Of a stretch of 32,000 nucleotides of DNA, positions 1 through 9,071 are shown in pieces (positions within the stretch are counted from its first letter, which is position 1; every line of letters begins with the position of its first letter). The notes under the pieces are model-generated. The model was not told where the DNA came from. It saw only the letters and a list, made by a program, of their open reading frames with translations, and did no database searches. The stretch comes from Coprobacillaceae bacterium (GTDB lineage Bacteria > Bacillota_I > Bacilli_A > Erysipelotrichales > Coprobacillaceae), in the NCBI GenBank assembly GCA_963675915.1, contig OY780959.1, positions 570,001 to 602,000 on the forward strand, given 5' to 3'. A program made the position numbers and the translations under genes.

Positions 1-2
1 AT

Positions 3-458
3 GCTCATTACACTGCAACTGATTATTCAAAAGTTTCTTGGAACTACGATTACAGTGCTATTGATACAGACAAAGCTGGAGATTATCAAATGACAGTAAA
101 AGCATCAGACGAGTATGACAACAGCAGCTCCAAGAGAGTCAAGGTTGTGGTTGAAACGCAAGCAGAAGAAATAAATGAAGCAGTTTCGGTAACAAAAGCG
201 ATAACTGATAACAGTCAATCTAGTACTGACACAAATACATCAAAAGAAAGGGCAACCACTGAACCGGAATCGCCTTCGCCCAATGAGCTCCAAAATGATC
301 AGGAGAGCAGTGATGAGCGTTCCCAAAGAAAAGACAGCGTAGAAACAAATGATTCATCAGAAATTGAATTGAAGAAAACTGACGAGGGCGATCTTGATAT
401 CGGTGGATATTGGGAATCGTTTGACATTGTCGGTGGCTGGCCGGATGAATGGGAGTAA
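3..458 (+). CDS. 3' end of a surface or membrane protein with an Ig-like (DUF5011-type) domain and an acidic S/T/E-rich tail; the 5' end lies outside the window
   Basis: Frame 3 is open from the window edge (AHYTATDYSKVSWNYDYSAIDTDKAGDYQMTVKASDEYDN...). The GDY-x-[VL]-x-[VY]-x-x-x-D motif also occurs in the 27779-28912 product. A strong terminator follows. Confidence 0.55.
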   Translation, partial: AHYTATDYSKVSWNYDYSAIDTDKAGDYQMTVKASDEYDNSSSKRVKVVVETQAEEINEAVSVTKAITDNSQSSTDTNTSKERATTEPESPSPNELQNDQESSDERSQRKDSVETNDSSEIELKKTDEGDLDIGGYWESFDIVGGWPDEWE

Positions 459-471
459 TTGAATATACAGG

Positions 472-498
472 AAAAAAGGACTTCAGAGTCCTTTTTTT
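472..498 (+). terminator. Rho-independent terminator
   Basis: Stem AGGACT (477-482) / AGTCCT (487-492) with loop TCAG, flanked by an A-run and a 6-7 T run. It lies 14 nt after the stop codon. Confidence 0.7.
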
Positions 499-513
499 AT
501 TTGGAGGAAATGA

Positions 514-3500
514 ATGAAATTAAAAGGGATTATAAACAAATTATTATTGATATTCAGCTTGGTTGTAACCATGATTGGTATAAATACGACCAAAGTTGAT
601 GCAGCTGACTATATTACCTATAACGGAAAAGTCACAGCAACATATTCGACGGTGGGTGATTTTACAGTAGGAGGACAGCAAGCTTTTTGCATCGAACACG
701 AAAATACAACTCCGACTACCGGGACAGCAATTTCGCAAACCGGTCCTTATAACAATGAGATGTTTGAAAAGGCTTTGTATTACGGTTGGGCTGGACCGAA
801 ACAGTGGAGTGGATTTACTTCGCGTTCAGCCGGAATTGTGGCAACGTCACTGGTGCTTTCACATATCTACAACGGTACATCGATTAAAACTGATGCCAAA
901 GCGTTTTGGAATTATCTTCAAAGTGTCCCGGATATTCCGGACTCGAAACTGAGTCTGTCAAAAAGTAATTTGACGACCTATATATCCAACGGTGTACAAA
1001 GGACACAAAGTACCAAACTATCGGCAATCGGAGAGACCGGTGCAGCCGGAAGTCTTACCCTGTCATTGCCAACTGGAATCAAATTGGTCAATGAGTCTAC
1101 AGGTAAAACATATACGGGCAGTGCTACTATAAGTAATGGTCAGACATTCTATCTAACGGCATCGATTGGTTACGATGGCAACTTTGACAGCGGTAATGTC
1201 TCGGGTAACAATATTTACAAGTTCCAGCCAATTATCTTTAAAACAGCTTCCACCAGTCTTCAGGATCTGAGCGCGGGAAGATTGATTATCGATCCGAATC
1301 CGACTGTCAGACTGACAGCTGATTTTGAAGCAACTTTGGGCGATATCAGTCTGACAAAGACACTGAACCGCAGTGACAGCGCCAAAGCTACTGTGGCCGG
1401 TGCAACTTATGGTCTTTATGCAAGAACTGATATCTTAAATGGTGTAGGCGCGGTAGCATACAAGACGGGAGCATTGATAGGATACAAGACAACAGACGAC
1501 CAGGGTAAACTCAATTTCTCTAATCTTTTTGTCGGAAACTACTATATCAAGGAGATAGGTGCTCCGGCCTACACGATGCTGGATAGTACCCAGTACAACG
1601 TGTCGCTATCGGCGACCGGGAGCATGTCAGCCAATGTCACTACGCAAAATGATATCCAGACTAGAGATATCTCTTTTGCGAAAAAAGATGACGGTGGCCA
1701 TATGATATCTGGCGCGACAATGGAACTTCGTGATAATTCCGGAAAACTGATTGATCAGTGGATATCCACGAATTCGTTGCATGTTGTAAAGAATCTTCCG
1801 GTTGGAAATGCATATACTTTAAAGGAAACTGCAACGCCTTATGGGTATCTAAGAGCTGGTGATATTTCATTTGTAGTTGGAGACAGCAGTCAGACTATTA
1901 CAATGGTCGACAAGCAGCCAACTGGGATTATCAATTTATCCAAATCTCTGGATAGAAATGATAGTGCGGGTGCCAGCGTAGCCGGTGCTCAGTATTCACT
2001 TTATTCGTCAGCCGGTAAACTGATTGCCACCAAAACAACTGATAAAAATGGTAATTTGATATTCGATAATTTGCCATTGGGTGATTACTACATCCAGGAA
2101 ACTAAAGCACCTAACTTTACACAAATTGACAGCAACAAATACAATGTCTCATTGGGTTATAAAGATCAATATACCTCGGTAATCACGTATGATCTTGATA
2201 CCGTTAACCATGTCTTGGTAAGAGACGTATCATTTTCAAAGGTGGACAGTCAAGGGAAACTGATTTCCGGAGCAGCAATGCAACTGTTAGATGAAAGTGG
2301 AAAACAAATTGATCAGTGGACTTCATCAAGTGCTCCCTATGTAATCAATGATTTACCGGTTGGCAACAGCTACACTTTAATAGAAACGAAAGCGCCTGAT
2401 GGCTATGTTTTGTCCAATGCATCAGTCTCGTTCACAGTCAGTGATGGAGTGAATGAACAGAAAGTAGTGATGACTGATAACCAGATTGGAATCTCAAAGG
2501 AAAACGAAGAAGGTGCTTTGATACCTGGCGCTACATTGCAGATCATTGACAGCGATGGAAAGGTAGTTGATGAATGGAATTCAACCGACCAGATTCATTA
2601 TGTTTCTGGACTGATTGTGGGCAATGATTATTCGTTACATGAAGTCGCTGCCCCTGAGGGGTATTTGGTAGCAGAAGATATTGAAATTAGTGTTGGTTCA
2701 AGTGATCAAATTATTACGATGATTGACAAAGAACCAACCGGCGTTATCAATTTGACTAAATCACTCAATCGAGATGATAGCGAGAATGCCAGTGCAGTTG
2801 GAGCTGAATATTCACTTTATTTAAAAAACGGAGATTTGGTAGAAGTTGAAACTACTGACGAAGATGGCAAATTGTCTTTTGATCATCTTCCATTAGGAGA
2901 TTATTATATCCAAGAAACCAAAGCGCCGGATTTTACAAATTTGGATGAAAAGAAATATGAGGTGGCTCTACTTTACGAAAATCAAAACACTGCGGTTATT
3001 ACATACAATCTCCAAGTTACCAATGAAGTACTAGTACGTGACATCTCATTTTCAAAGGTTGATAGTAACAAAAAGTTGATTGCCGGAGCGACGATGCAAC
3101 TGCTGGATGGCAATGGTGATTTGGTGGATGAATGGATTTCATCAAGCAATCCGTATGTAATTGAAGATTTGCCACTAGGTAATATCTATACCTTAAAAGA
3201 AATAAAGGCGCCTGAGGGGTATGTTCTAGCCGATGCAGCAATCACTTTTACAATCGGTGATGGATCCGACGCTCAAAACATAGCGATGACTGATAACCAA
3301 ATTGGTATTTCAAAAGAGAACGAAGAAGGATCTTTGATACCTGGGGCTACGTTGCAGGTTATCGATACCAACGGGAAGGTAGTTGACGAGTGGGTTTCAA
3401 CCGACCAGATTCACTATGTTTCGGGATTAATTGTAGGCAATGATTACACCTTACATGAAGTATTAGCTCCGGTAGGTTATTTGCAAGCTGAAGATATTGA

Positions 3501-5013
3501 TTTCAGGGTTGATAGCGAGGATCAAATAATCACGATGACTGACAAATCACCAACTGGGATTATCAATCTGACGAAATCACTTAATAGAAAAGATAGCGCT
3601 AAGGCTATCGTTGCCGGTGCCGAGTACTCGCTTTTTTCATTCGATGGTACTTTAACAGCAGTTGGAATTACTGATGAGGAAGGCCGATATTCTTTTGAAA
3701 ATTTACCATTGGGCGATTACTACATTCGAGAGACCAAAGCGCCGGATTATACAATGATAGATAGGAACAAATATGAAATCTCACTAATTTACAAAGATCA
3801 GGATACCGCAATTATTACTTATGATTTGGAGACTGTTAATGACATCAAAGTAAAGGATCTTGTGATTTCAAAAGTCGATGTTGCCGGTATAAAGATTCCG
3901 GGTTCATCAATGGAACTTGTTGATGAAAATGATGTTGTGATTGTTAAGTGGGTGTCAACTGATGAGCCATATGCTGTTAAAAATTTACCGGTTGGAAACA
4001 CCTATACTTTGCATGAGTTGAAAGCACCTGATGGTTGTGTGCTGGCCAATGATGTGACTTTTACATTGGAAGATGATGGGACGGTGGAACAGCATATCGA
4101 TATGATTGATGAGATAGTCAGCGTGTCAAAGACTGATCTTATTGGTGAAGCTGAACTAGTAGGAGCAACCTTGCAGATAATTGACAGTGATGGCAAAATG
4201 ATAGACGAATGGATCAGTGATGGAAATCCGCATGATGTAAGTGGACTTGTTGAAGGACGCAAATATTCGCTTATTGAAATTGTCGCTCCAGAAGGCTATG
4301 TGTTATCCACTGATTCGATAGATTTTAGAGTATCAGAACTTAAAGAAAATAAGTTTATTGTCATGAAGGATAACTATGTGGCTGTTTCCAAGGAAGAGCC
4401 GGACGGTACCAAAGTAATCGGGGCTACGTTGCAGGTTTTAGACGAAGAAGGAAATATCATCGATGAGTGGGTATCTGATAATCAGGAACATTATGTTAGT
4501 GGTTTGACTGTTTTTGGAACCTATACATTACATGAGGCAAAAGTGCCGGAAGGATATCTGGCAGCGGATGATATCGTCTTTAACGTCGATAAAGACAATC
4601 AGGAAGTCATCATGATTGATGATTTTACCAAGATTACAGTAACAAAGTATGATATCACAAACCAGAAGGAATTGGCCGGAGCATCGATGCAAGTTATTGA
4701 TGGCGATGGCAAGGTGATTGATGAATGGATTTCAACATATGAGCCTCATTTGATCAAATATTTGGAGATAGGTAAAACATACACGCTTAAAGAAATCATC
4801 GCGCCAATCGGCTATACTATCGCTCAAGAAGCACAGTTTACGGTTACTGCAACTGGAGTTGAACAACAAATCGAGATGTATGATGAACTGTTGCCAATGG
4901 CAGTAATGAGAACTGGCGATGATTCACCGATAGTTTTGTATGCGGGATTGTCGGTATTATCATTAATAGTTTTGATTACAGTATCGAAGAAACGGAATAC
5001 GAAAGACAAGTAA
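514..5013 (+). CDS. Giant cell-wall-anchored adhesin: signal peptide, unique N-terminal domain of about 270 aa, about 13 Cna-B/SpaA (prealbumin-like) domains, and a C-terminal sorting-signal-like tail
   Basis: GGAGG RBS at 502-506. Signal peptide MKLKGIINKLLLIFSLVVTMIGINTTKVDA|AD. Repeated motifs GATxQxxDxxGKxxDEWxS...G..YTLxExxAPxGY and LPLGDYYIQETKAP. The tail is MRTGDD, then a hydrophobic helix, then KKRNTKDK. Confidence 0.85.
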   Translation: MKLKGIINKLLLIFSLVVTMIGINTTKVDAADYITYNGKVTATYSTVGDFTVGGQQAFCIEHENTTPTTGTAISQTGPYNNEMFEKALYYGWAGPKQWSGFTSRSAGIVATSLVLSHIYNGTSIKTDAKAFWNYLQSVPDIPDSKLSLSKSNLTTYISNGVQRTQSTKLSAIGETGAAGSLTLSLPTGIKLVNESTGKTYTGSATISNGQTFYLTASIGYDGNFDSGNVSGNNIYKFQPIIFKTASTSLQDLSAGRLIIDPNPTVRLTADFEATLGDISLTKTLNRSDSAKATVAGATYGLYARTDILNGVGAVAYKTGALIGYKTTDDQGKLNFSNLFVGNYYIKEIGAPAYTMLDSTQYNVSLSATGSMSANVTTQNDIQTRDISFAKKDDGGHMISGATMELRDNSGKLIDQWISTNSLHVVKNLPVGNAYTLKETATPYGYLRAGDISFVVGDSSQTITMVDKQPTGIINLSKSLDRNDSAGASVAGAQYSLYSSAGKLIATKTTDKNGNLIFDNLPLGDYYIQETKAPNFTQIDSNKYNVSLGYKDQYTSVITYDLDTVNHVLVRDVSFSKVDSQGKLISGAAMQLLDESGKQIDQWTSSSAPYVINDLPVGNSYTLIETKAPDGYVLSNASVSFTVSDGVNEQKVVMTDNQIGISKENEEGALIPGATLQIIDSDGKVVDEWNSTDQIHYVSGLIVGNDYSLHEVAAPEGYLVAEDIEISVGSSDQIITMIDKEPTGVINLTKSLNRDDSENASAVGAEYSLYLKNGDLVEVETTDEDGKLSFDHLPLGDYYIQETKAPDFTNLDEKKYEVALLYENQNTAVITYNLQVTNEVLVRDISFSKVDSNKKLIAGATMQLLDGNGDLVDEWISSSNPYVIEDLPLGNIYTLKEIKAPEGYVLADAAITFTIGDGSDAQNIAMTDNQIGISKENEEGSLIPGATLQVIDTNGKVVDEWVSTDQIHYVSGLIVGNDYTLHEVLAPVGYLQAEDIDFRVDSEDQIITMTDKSPTGIINLTKSLNRKDSAKAIVAGAEYSLFSFDGTLTAVGITDEEGRYSFENLPLGDYYIRETKAPDYTMIDRNKYEISLIYKDQDTAIITYDLETVNDIKVKDLVISKVDVAGIKIPGSSMELVDENDVVIVKWVSTDEPYAVKNLPVGNTYTLHELKAPDGCVLANDVTFTLEDDGTVEQHIDMIDEIVSVSKTDLIGEAELVGATLQIIDSDGKMIDEWISDGNPHDVSGLVEGRKYSLIEIVAPEGYVLSTDSIDFRVSELKENKFIVMKDNYVAVSKEEPDGTKVIGATLQVLDEEGNIIDEWVSDNQEHYVSGLTVFGTYTLHEAKVPEGYLAADDIVFNVDKDNQEVIMIDDFTKITVTKYDITNQKELAGASMQVIDGDGKVIDEWISTYEPHLIKYLEIGKTYTLKEIIAPIGYTIAQEAQFTVTATGVEQQIEMYDELLPMAVMRTGDDSPIVLYAGLSVLSLIVLITVSKKRNTKDK
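1921..4368 (+). repeat. Intragenic tandem super-repeat: three units of about 816 bp (272 aa, three Cna-B-like domains each) starting near 1921, 2737 and 3553
   Basis: Each unit starts with TG(I/V)INL(S/T)KSL(D/N)R.DS. Long stretches between units are visibly similar at the DNA level. A shorter two-domain unit precedes at about 1339-1920, and two extra single domains follow. Confidence 0.8.
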
Positions 5014-5033
5014 GGCAAGGGCCTTATTTTTTT
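5011..5033 (+). terminator. Weak putative terminator overlapping the adhesin stop codon
   Basis: TAAGGC / GCCTTA 6-bp stem with loop AAGG, followed by TTTTTTT. Confidence 0.35.
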
Positions 5034-5046
5034 GTTGAATAGATGA

Positions 5047-5066
5047 GGGTGGCAATTTTGCCACCC
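5047..5066. repeat. Palindrome family copy 1: GGGTGGCAATTTTGCCACCC
   Basis: Identical 20-mer to copy 2. Intergenic: 34 nt after the adhesin stop and 31 nt before the next start. Confidence 0.9.
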
Positions 5067-5096
5067 CAACTAATATGAATAGAAAAGAGGATATAT

Positions 5097-5816
5097 ATGA
5101 CAAGAGAACTAATCGTTGAGGTTGGAGATAAGGTCAATACCAGCCTTGGAAGACATACGTTGGTTATCGGAGCTGAGAAAGATTATGTGGTCTTGCAAGC
5201 CGATAAACAGTATGTCATCGCTCATGGACCGTATTTTGATGATATAAATGAAATCGTCAGCTGGGGCTATGGTGATTATCTAAAAAGCTTCGAGGAATTG
5301 GCAATGAAGATAGTAAGTATCAAATCAAAGGAAAATTATCGGGAGTTGGAGTCGCTTTTAAGTGAGATTGCCAGCAGTAATCATGAATCGTACACAAAAG
5401 CTATTATGGCTATCGAACTTAACGTGTCCAATGACAAATTTCTTGAACAGATGTATCAGCAATATATGGACAGTGATGTGCAGTTGCTTGATGAGCGGAT
5501 TTATGAAGAATTTACAGTCGAGTTGTTAAAGAACATCAAAGACTATTGTGCTGCGCTGGATGAATACGCTGAAAGTTTTGATCACTACGAGTATAAGGAT
5601 CAAGAAATAATGCCTAGGCAAGATGTTATCGATCATATGGCTGAGGCTATTTTCAATGGCAATAGCGAGAAAGTACTTATCGCACTTGATACGACTATCA
5701 AAACATACTGCGATGATGAGGAAATCGTTGCAAATCTCCAAACTTTCAAAGATGACCTGGAAAACAGTGACTTTCATAAATACACATTGATGAAGCAAAA
5801 TGGTATGGCTAGATAG
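5097..5816 (+). CDS. Hypothetical acidic protein (239 aa), function unknown
   Basis: RBS AAGAGGA 7 nt upstream. D/E-rich sequence. No motif that I can name. Confidence 0.6.
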   Translation: MTRELIVEVGDKVNTSLGRHTLVIGAEKDYVVLQADKQYVIAHGPYFDDINEIVSWGYGDYLKSFEELAMKIVSIKSKENYRELESLLSEIASSNHESYTKAIMAIELNVSNDKFLEQMYQQYMDSDVQLLDERIYEEFTVELLKNIKDYCAALDEYAESFDHYEYKDQEIMPRQDVIDHMAEAIFNGNSEKVLIALDTTIKTYCDDEEIVANLQTFKDDLENSDFHKYTLMKQNGMAR

Positions 5817-5840
5817 AAATGGTTGATAGTGATAATGGTG

Positions 5841-6182
5841 ATGAACAAAGTAGCTTTTGCAGGTCTGCTCAATACTGACCCGGTAATTGATAGTCAACTT
5901 AAGATAGAACATAAAAGAGACTTTTTGGTCTATTTCGATCTTACTGTCAACTCGATTAGTGACGATACTGAGTGTACGAAAAAGATTCGGTGTGAGGTCC
6001 GTGACAATGCTGCTGAAAAGTTTTATCGGTATGCTAAAAAAGGGGACCTGGTCGAAATCAAAGGCGTAATTGAAAATAATCCTATTAAAGACGTTCATAA
6101 TCAGGATGAAAATTTTTATGTGAAGGTCGAAGGATTTAGAATTTATGTGGCCGAAGATTATCAAAAGATAACGGCTAATTAG
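5841..6182 (+). CDS. Divergent SSB-like OB-fold protein lacking the acidic C-terminal tip (start uncertain: 5823, 5835 or 5841)
   Basis: MNKVAFAGLLNTDPVI... and ...AAEKFYRYAKKGDLVEIKGVIENN follow the SSB pattern (v.liGrl..dPe ... ae.....l.KG..v.v.Grl). It ends ...AEDYQKITAN with no DDDIPF-type tail. Confidence 0.5.
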   Translation: MNKVAFAGLLNTDPVIDSQLKIEHKRDFLVYFDLTVNSISDDTECTKKIRCEVRDNAAEKFYRYAKKGDLVEIKGVIENNPIKDVHNQDENFYVKVEGFRIYVAEDYQKITAN

Positions 6183-6227
6183 ATAGATTGATATGAATCA
6201 TTTAGATTAACACGGGAGGTTGTTGAT

Positions 6228-6485
6228 ATGAAGAAAATAAGTATTAAAGAACTGGCATCCAAATACAAGCTGGTTCCCAATGAGATGATCACCTATATCA
6301 TCATCAATACCGCAACAAACAAGATCGGCTTTTTTGATGGTGGGTATGAGTATTTGGTATCCCGTACCAATCTTTCAAGACGGACTATTACTACCGCTAT
6401 AAAAAAATTGGTGGATTTAGGGTTGATTGAAAGAGAATATGTACAAAATAGAGAAATTTTATTTATTGCTAAGGAGATGAGCTAA
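6228..6485 (+). CDS. Small winged-helix DNA-binding protein (85 aa)
   Basis: GGGAGG RBS. LVSRTNLSRRTITTAIKKLVDLGLIERE is a typical wHTH recognition segment. Confidence 0.55.
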   Translation: MKKISIKELASKYKLVPNEMITYIIINTATNKIGFFDGGYEYLVSRTNLSRRTITTAIKKLVDLGLIEREYVQNREILFIAKEMS

Positions 6486-6817
6486 TGAGAAAAACACATA
6501 AAATTAAGACTATTATTGCAACTGTATTGGCTATGATATCTGTCAATATTGTAAGTGTCTATGCCGCCGGACCGGACGTGGAGGCGGCCAAGAGTCTGGT
6601 CAAACCATGGATTGATGGTCTGATCACTTTCATGTTGTGGTTGGTTCCGGGGATCTTGATTGTCTATATTGCCAGAATCGCAATCAAATATCTGTCAGCC
6701 AGCGAAGAAGAGCGTCAACGGATCAACACCTGGGACAAGATTAGTAAGGGGCTTATAATTGCGGTTGTAGCCGAGTCGATAGTAGCTATTATCAAGATAT
6801 TCGGATTCGCTTGGTAG
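6485..6817 (+). CDS. Small secreted two-helix membrane protein with VirB2/TrbC-like topology
   Basis: TAATG overlap with the upstream gene. Long signal peptide ending VYA|AG, then two hydrophobic helices separated by the charged loop SASEEERQRINTWDK. Confidence 0.45.
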   Translation: MRKTHKIKTIIATVLAMISVNIVSVYAAGPDVEAAKSLVKPWIDGLITFMLWLVPGILIVYIARIAIKYLSASEEERQRINTWDKISKGLIIAVVAESIVAIIKIFGFAW

Positions 6818-6853
6818 GGGGATTTTTAACTTATGGAATCTGGTAAAATATTA

Positions 6854-6873
6854 GGGTGGCAATTTTGCCACCC
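6854..6873. repeat. Palindrome family copy 2: GGGTGGCAATTTTGCCACCC
   Basis: Intergenic. It abuts the RBS (GGAAGGGAGAG) of the VirB6-like gene. Confidence 0.9.
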
Positions 6874-6893
6874 TGGAAGGGAGAGTGGTTTAA

Positions 6894-8732
6894 ATGTCGA
6901 TACCTGAGTTGATCAGAAGTCTGATTTGGGGAATTACATCATTATTTCTTAATATCATTGACTCATTATGGAATATTGCCAGGATGATTGTCGGTATGGA
7001 TTTTGCCAATCAGGAATGGATTTGGAGTTGGCTGAAGGTTTTGAATGTCTTCCTGATATTTTTTGTCATTGTATTTTCATTTAAGACTTTCATCAAGGCT
7101 TATTTCGATGACGATTACATGAACAATATAAATATCTCGAAATTGTTGATGAAACTGTTTATGGTTTTTTTCTTTATCGCCATAATGCCCCTGGGAATAC
7201 AAACGGTCAGTTCAATGTCGAGTCAGATGGCAAAAAACATTGGAACTTTTACCGGTGTGGGCGAGAGCAAGTTATCGACTATTATTGTCAATTCATCATC
7301 CATGGATCTGTCTAATATCGACGAGGAGTTTGCCGCCATGGGAGATGTGCTAAGTGACCAACTGGATAGTGCCAATGACAACATCCTTTCAGAGTCTAGT
7401 TGGGAGGAAATGAAAAGCCGAATAATTGATGGTTCCGCTTCATATTTGTACTCACAGATGCCTGAAAGTGAACGGGTTTCCGTCGCTGATGAGATCTATA
7501 AAACAACATATGATGAATATGTCGAATGGAAAGAGAGCATCAATTATGACAGTATTCTGGGGGACAGTTATTGGGTTAACGAGGATATCAATGATATCGA
7601 TATCAACAGTGGTGAGACCTCGGGAGAGTGGTATGACTATTTGATTGATAGTATCAGTTTTGGTTTCTCCGGAGATTTGGAGAAAGCATATTACTTTTTC
7701 CCTAGTTGGTCATCCCTGTTTCTGGTTCTGATAACATCGCTGGTTTTCTTGTTGATATTCATTGGTGTGATAATCCAGATGGCTCAAAGGATATTCAGCC
7801 TGGTATTGAAGGTGTTTTTGATGCCCTACGCAGTATCGACAATGGTTGATCCCGAGAGTAAAACATTTTCGGTATGGATCAAGTATATGGTGGCCGATGT
7901 ACTATCTAACTGGTTCCAATTATACTCGGTAATGTTCCTATTCGCTTTTATCGGAAATAACACTTTGGAGAATTTACTTGTAGGTAGTGGCCCGGTAACC
8001 ATAGAAGTGGAAATGACCAAACTGCTCCTTTTGATTGGTGGGTTGATGGCAATCTACACCAGTCCAAGTGGAATAGCCGCCATTCTTGGGGGTTCGGAAG
8101 TGTCAGCATCAAGTTCTCTAATGAATACGACCTCAATGCTGCGCATGGCATATAGTGGCATCGGAGCGGTTGGAACGGTGGGCGCCCTTGGATATGTGGG
8201 TTTAACATCAGGAGGAAATATGGGACTTAGAGGAATCAATAATGCAACCAGGGCAACGAGTGCTGTGGCGAATATGGTTACTGGAGGAAGTTACGGTAAT
8301 TCATTTGGCAGCAGCAATGGCATTGGTGGTCGGATTAAAAGCACTGGGCTTGGTAGTGCAATCTATAGTGGGTTGTACGGTGGATCGAGCGGCGATGCTG
8401 GTAGTGGTTCTGGAATCATGACGGCTAGGGAATTCAATGATTCGCCTACGCAAAGTCAAATGGAAAAAGCGAGCAACTTAGATATCAAAACAGAAGGCAT
8501 GAATAAAGGTCAGCTTGGAATCAAGATAGACCGGACCACCGATAACTTGAGAGGAGCATCAAACCACTTGAGAAACAATGAAAAATGGAACGTAAACAGT
8601 ATGACGACAAATTATCCCAGAGCCAGAAAAACGGCCAATACCATTGCCAAAGTGCATAGCAAGGTAAATACGATTTCCAAAAACAAAGTAACTCGAAGCT
8701 CACTGCCAATAAATTTTACGGATCGGAGATAA
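6894..8732 (+). CDS. Polytopic membrane protein, VirB6/TrbL-like T4SS channel component, with a Gly/Ser-rich C-terminal region
   Basis: At least five or six hydrophobic helices (for example VLNVFLIFFVIVFSF, LFLVLITSLVFLLIFIGVIIQM, LLLLIGGLMAIY). G/S-rich tail. It lies between the VirB2-like and VirB3-like genes. Confidence 0.55.
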   Translation: MSIPELIRSLIWGITSLFLNIIDSLWNIARMIVGMDFANQEWIWSWLKVLNVFLIFFVIVFSFKTFIKAYFDDDYMNNINISKLLMKLFMVFFFIAIMPLGIQTVSSMSSQMAKNIGTFTGVGESKLSTIIVNSSSMDLSNIDEEFAAMGDVLSDQLDSANDNILSESSWEEMKSRIIDGSASYLYSQMPESERVSVADEIYKTTYDEYVEWKESINYDSILGDSYWVNEDINDIDINSGETSGEWYDYLIDSISFGFSGDLEKAYYFFPSWSSLFLVLITSLVFLLIFIGVIIQMAQRIFSLVLKVFLMPYAVSTMVDPESKTFSVWIKYMVADVLSNWFQLYSVMFLFAFIGNNTLENLLVGSGPVTIEVEMTKLLLLIGGLMAIYTSPSGIAAILGGSEVSASSSLMNTTSMLRMAYSGIGAVGTVGALGYVGLTSGGNMGLRGINNATRATSAVANMVTGGSYGNSFGSSNGIGGRIKSTGLGSAIYSGLYGGSSGDAGSGSGIMTAREFNDSPTQSQMEKASNLDIKTEGMNKGQLGIKIDRTTDNLRGASNHLRNNEKWNVNSMTTNYPRARKTANTIAKVHSKVNTISKNKVTRSSLPINFTDRR

Positions 8733-8735
8733 TTA

Positions 8736-9071
8736 ATGAATAAAGAAAACAACCTTGTATGTTATGTGATACCAAAGAATATCAAGAAAGGTAAGTTGTA
8801 TTTTGGAAGATATAAAATCAGCGATTTAATTATCTTAGGAACTTCCTTTCTGGTTATTTTCATCGGCACGGTAGTGAGTGTCACTATTTTTACTGGCGGA
8901 CTAATGCTTGCGTTTATTCTCTTGTTTTTGATTGTAGGAGGATCCGGTGTTGTGCTGACCACACCATTTTTCAATTATCATAACTTGATGGGATATCTAA
9001 AGGAGATAGTGGACTTCTTGAAATCGGACCGGAAGTATGTTTATGGCGGGAGGTATTATGAAAAAGATTAA
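8736..9071 (+). CDS. PrgI/TcpE-type (VirB3-like) small membrane protein
   Basis: YVIPKNIKKGKLYFGRYKISDLIILG followed by two long hydrophobic helices. It lies immediately upstream of the VirB4-related ORF. Confidence 0.6.
   Translation: MNKENNLVCYVIPKNIKKGKLYFGRYKISDLIILGTSFLVIFIGTVVSVTIFTGGLMLAFILLFLIVGGSGVVLTTPFFNYHNLMGYLKEIVDFLKSDRKYVYGGRYYEKD

Noticed and set aside
544-5069. Seven short ORFs overlapping the adhesin gene region: six antisense (544-738, 1661-1870, 3017-3241, 3819-4001, 4002-4262, 4824-5069) and one same-strand, out-of-frame (755-952)
   Set aside because: They are wholly or largely embedded in a 4.5-kb ORF with clear domain periodicity, have no RBS, and have the composition expected of off-frame translation.
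5526-6164. 212-aa minus-strand ORF
   Set aside because: It overlaps two well-supported + strand genes (5097-5816 and the SSB-like gene). It has I/F/N-rich, low-information composition, no RBS and no recognisable motif.
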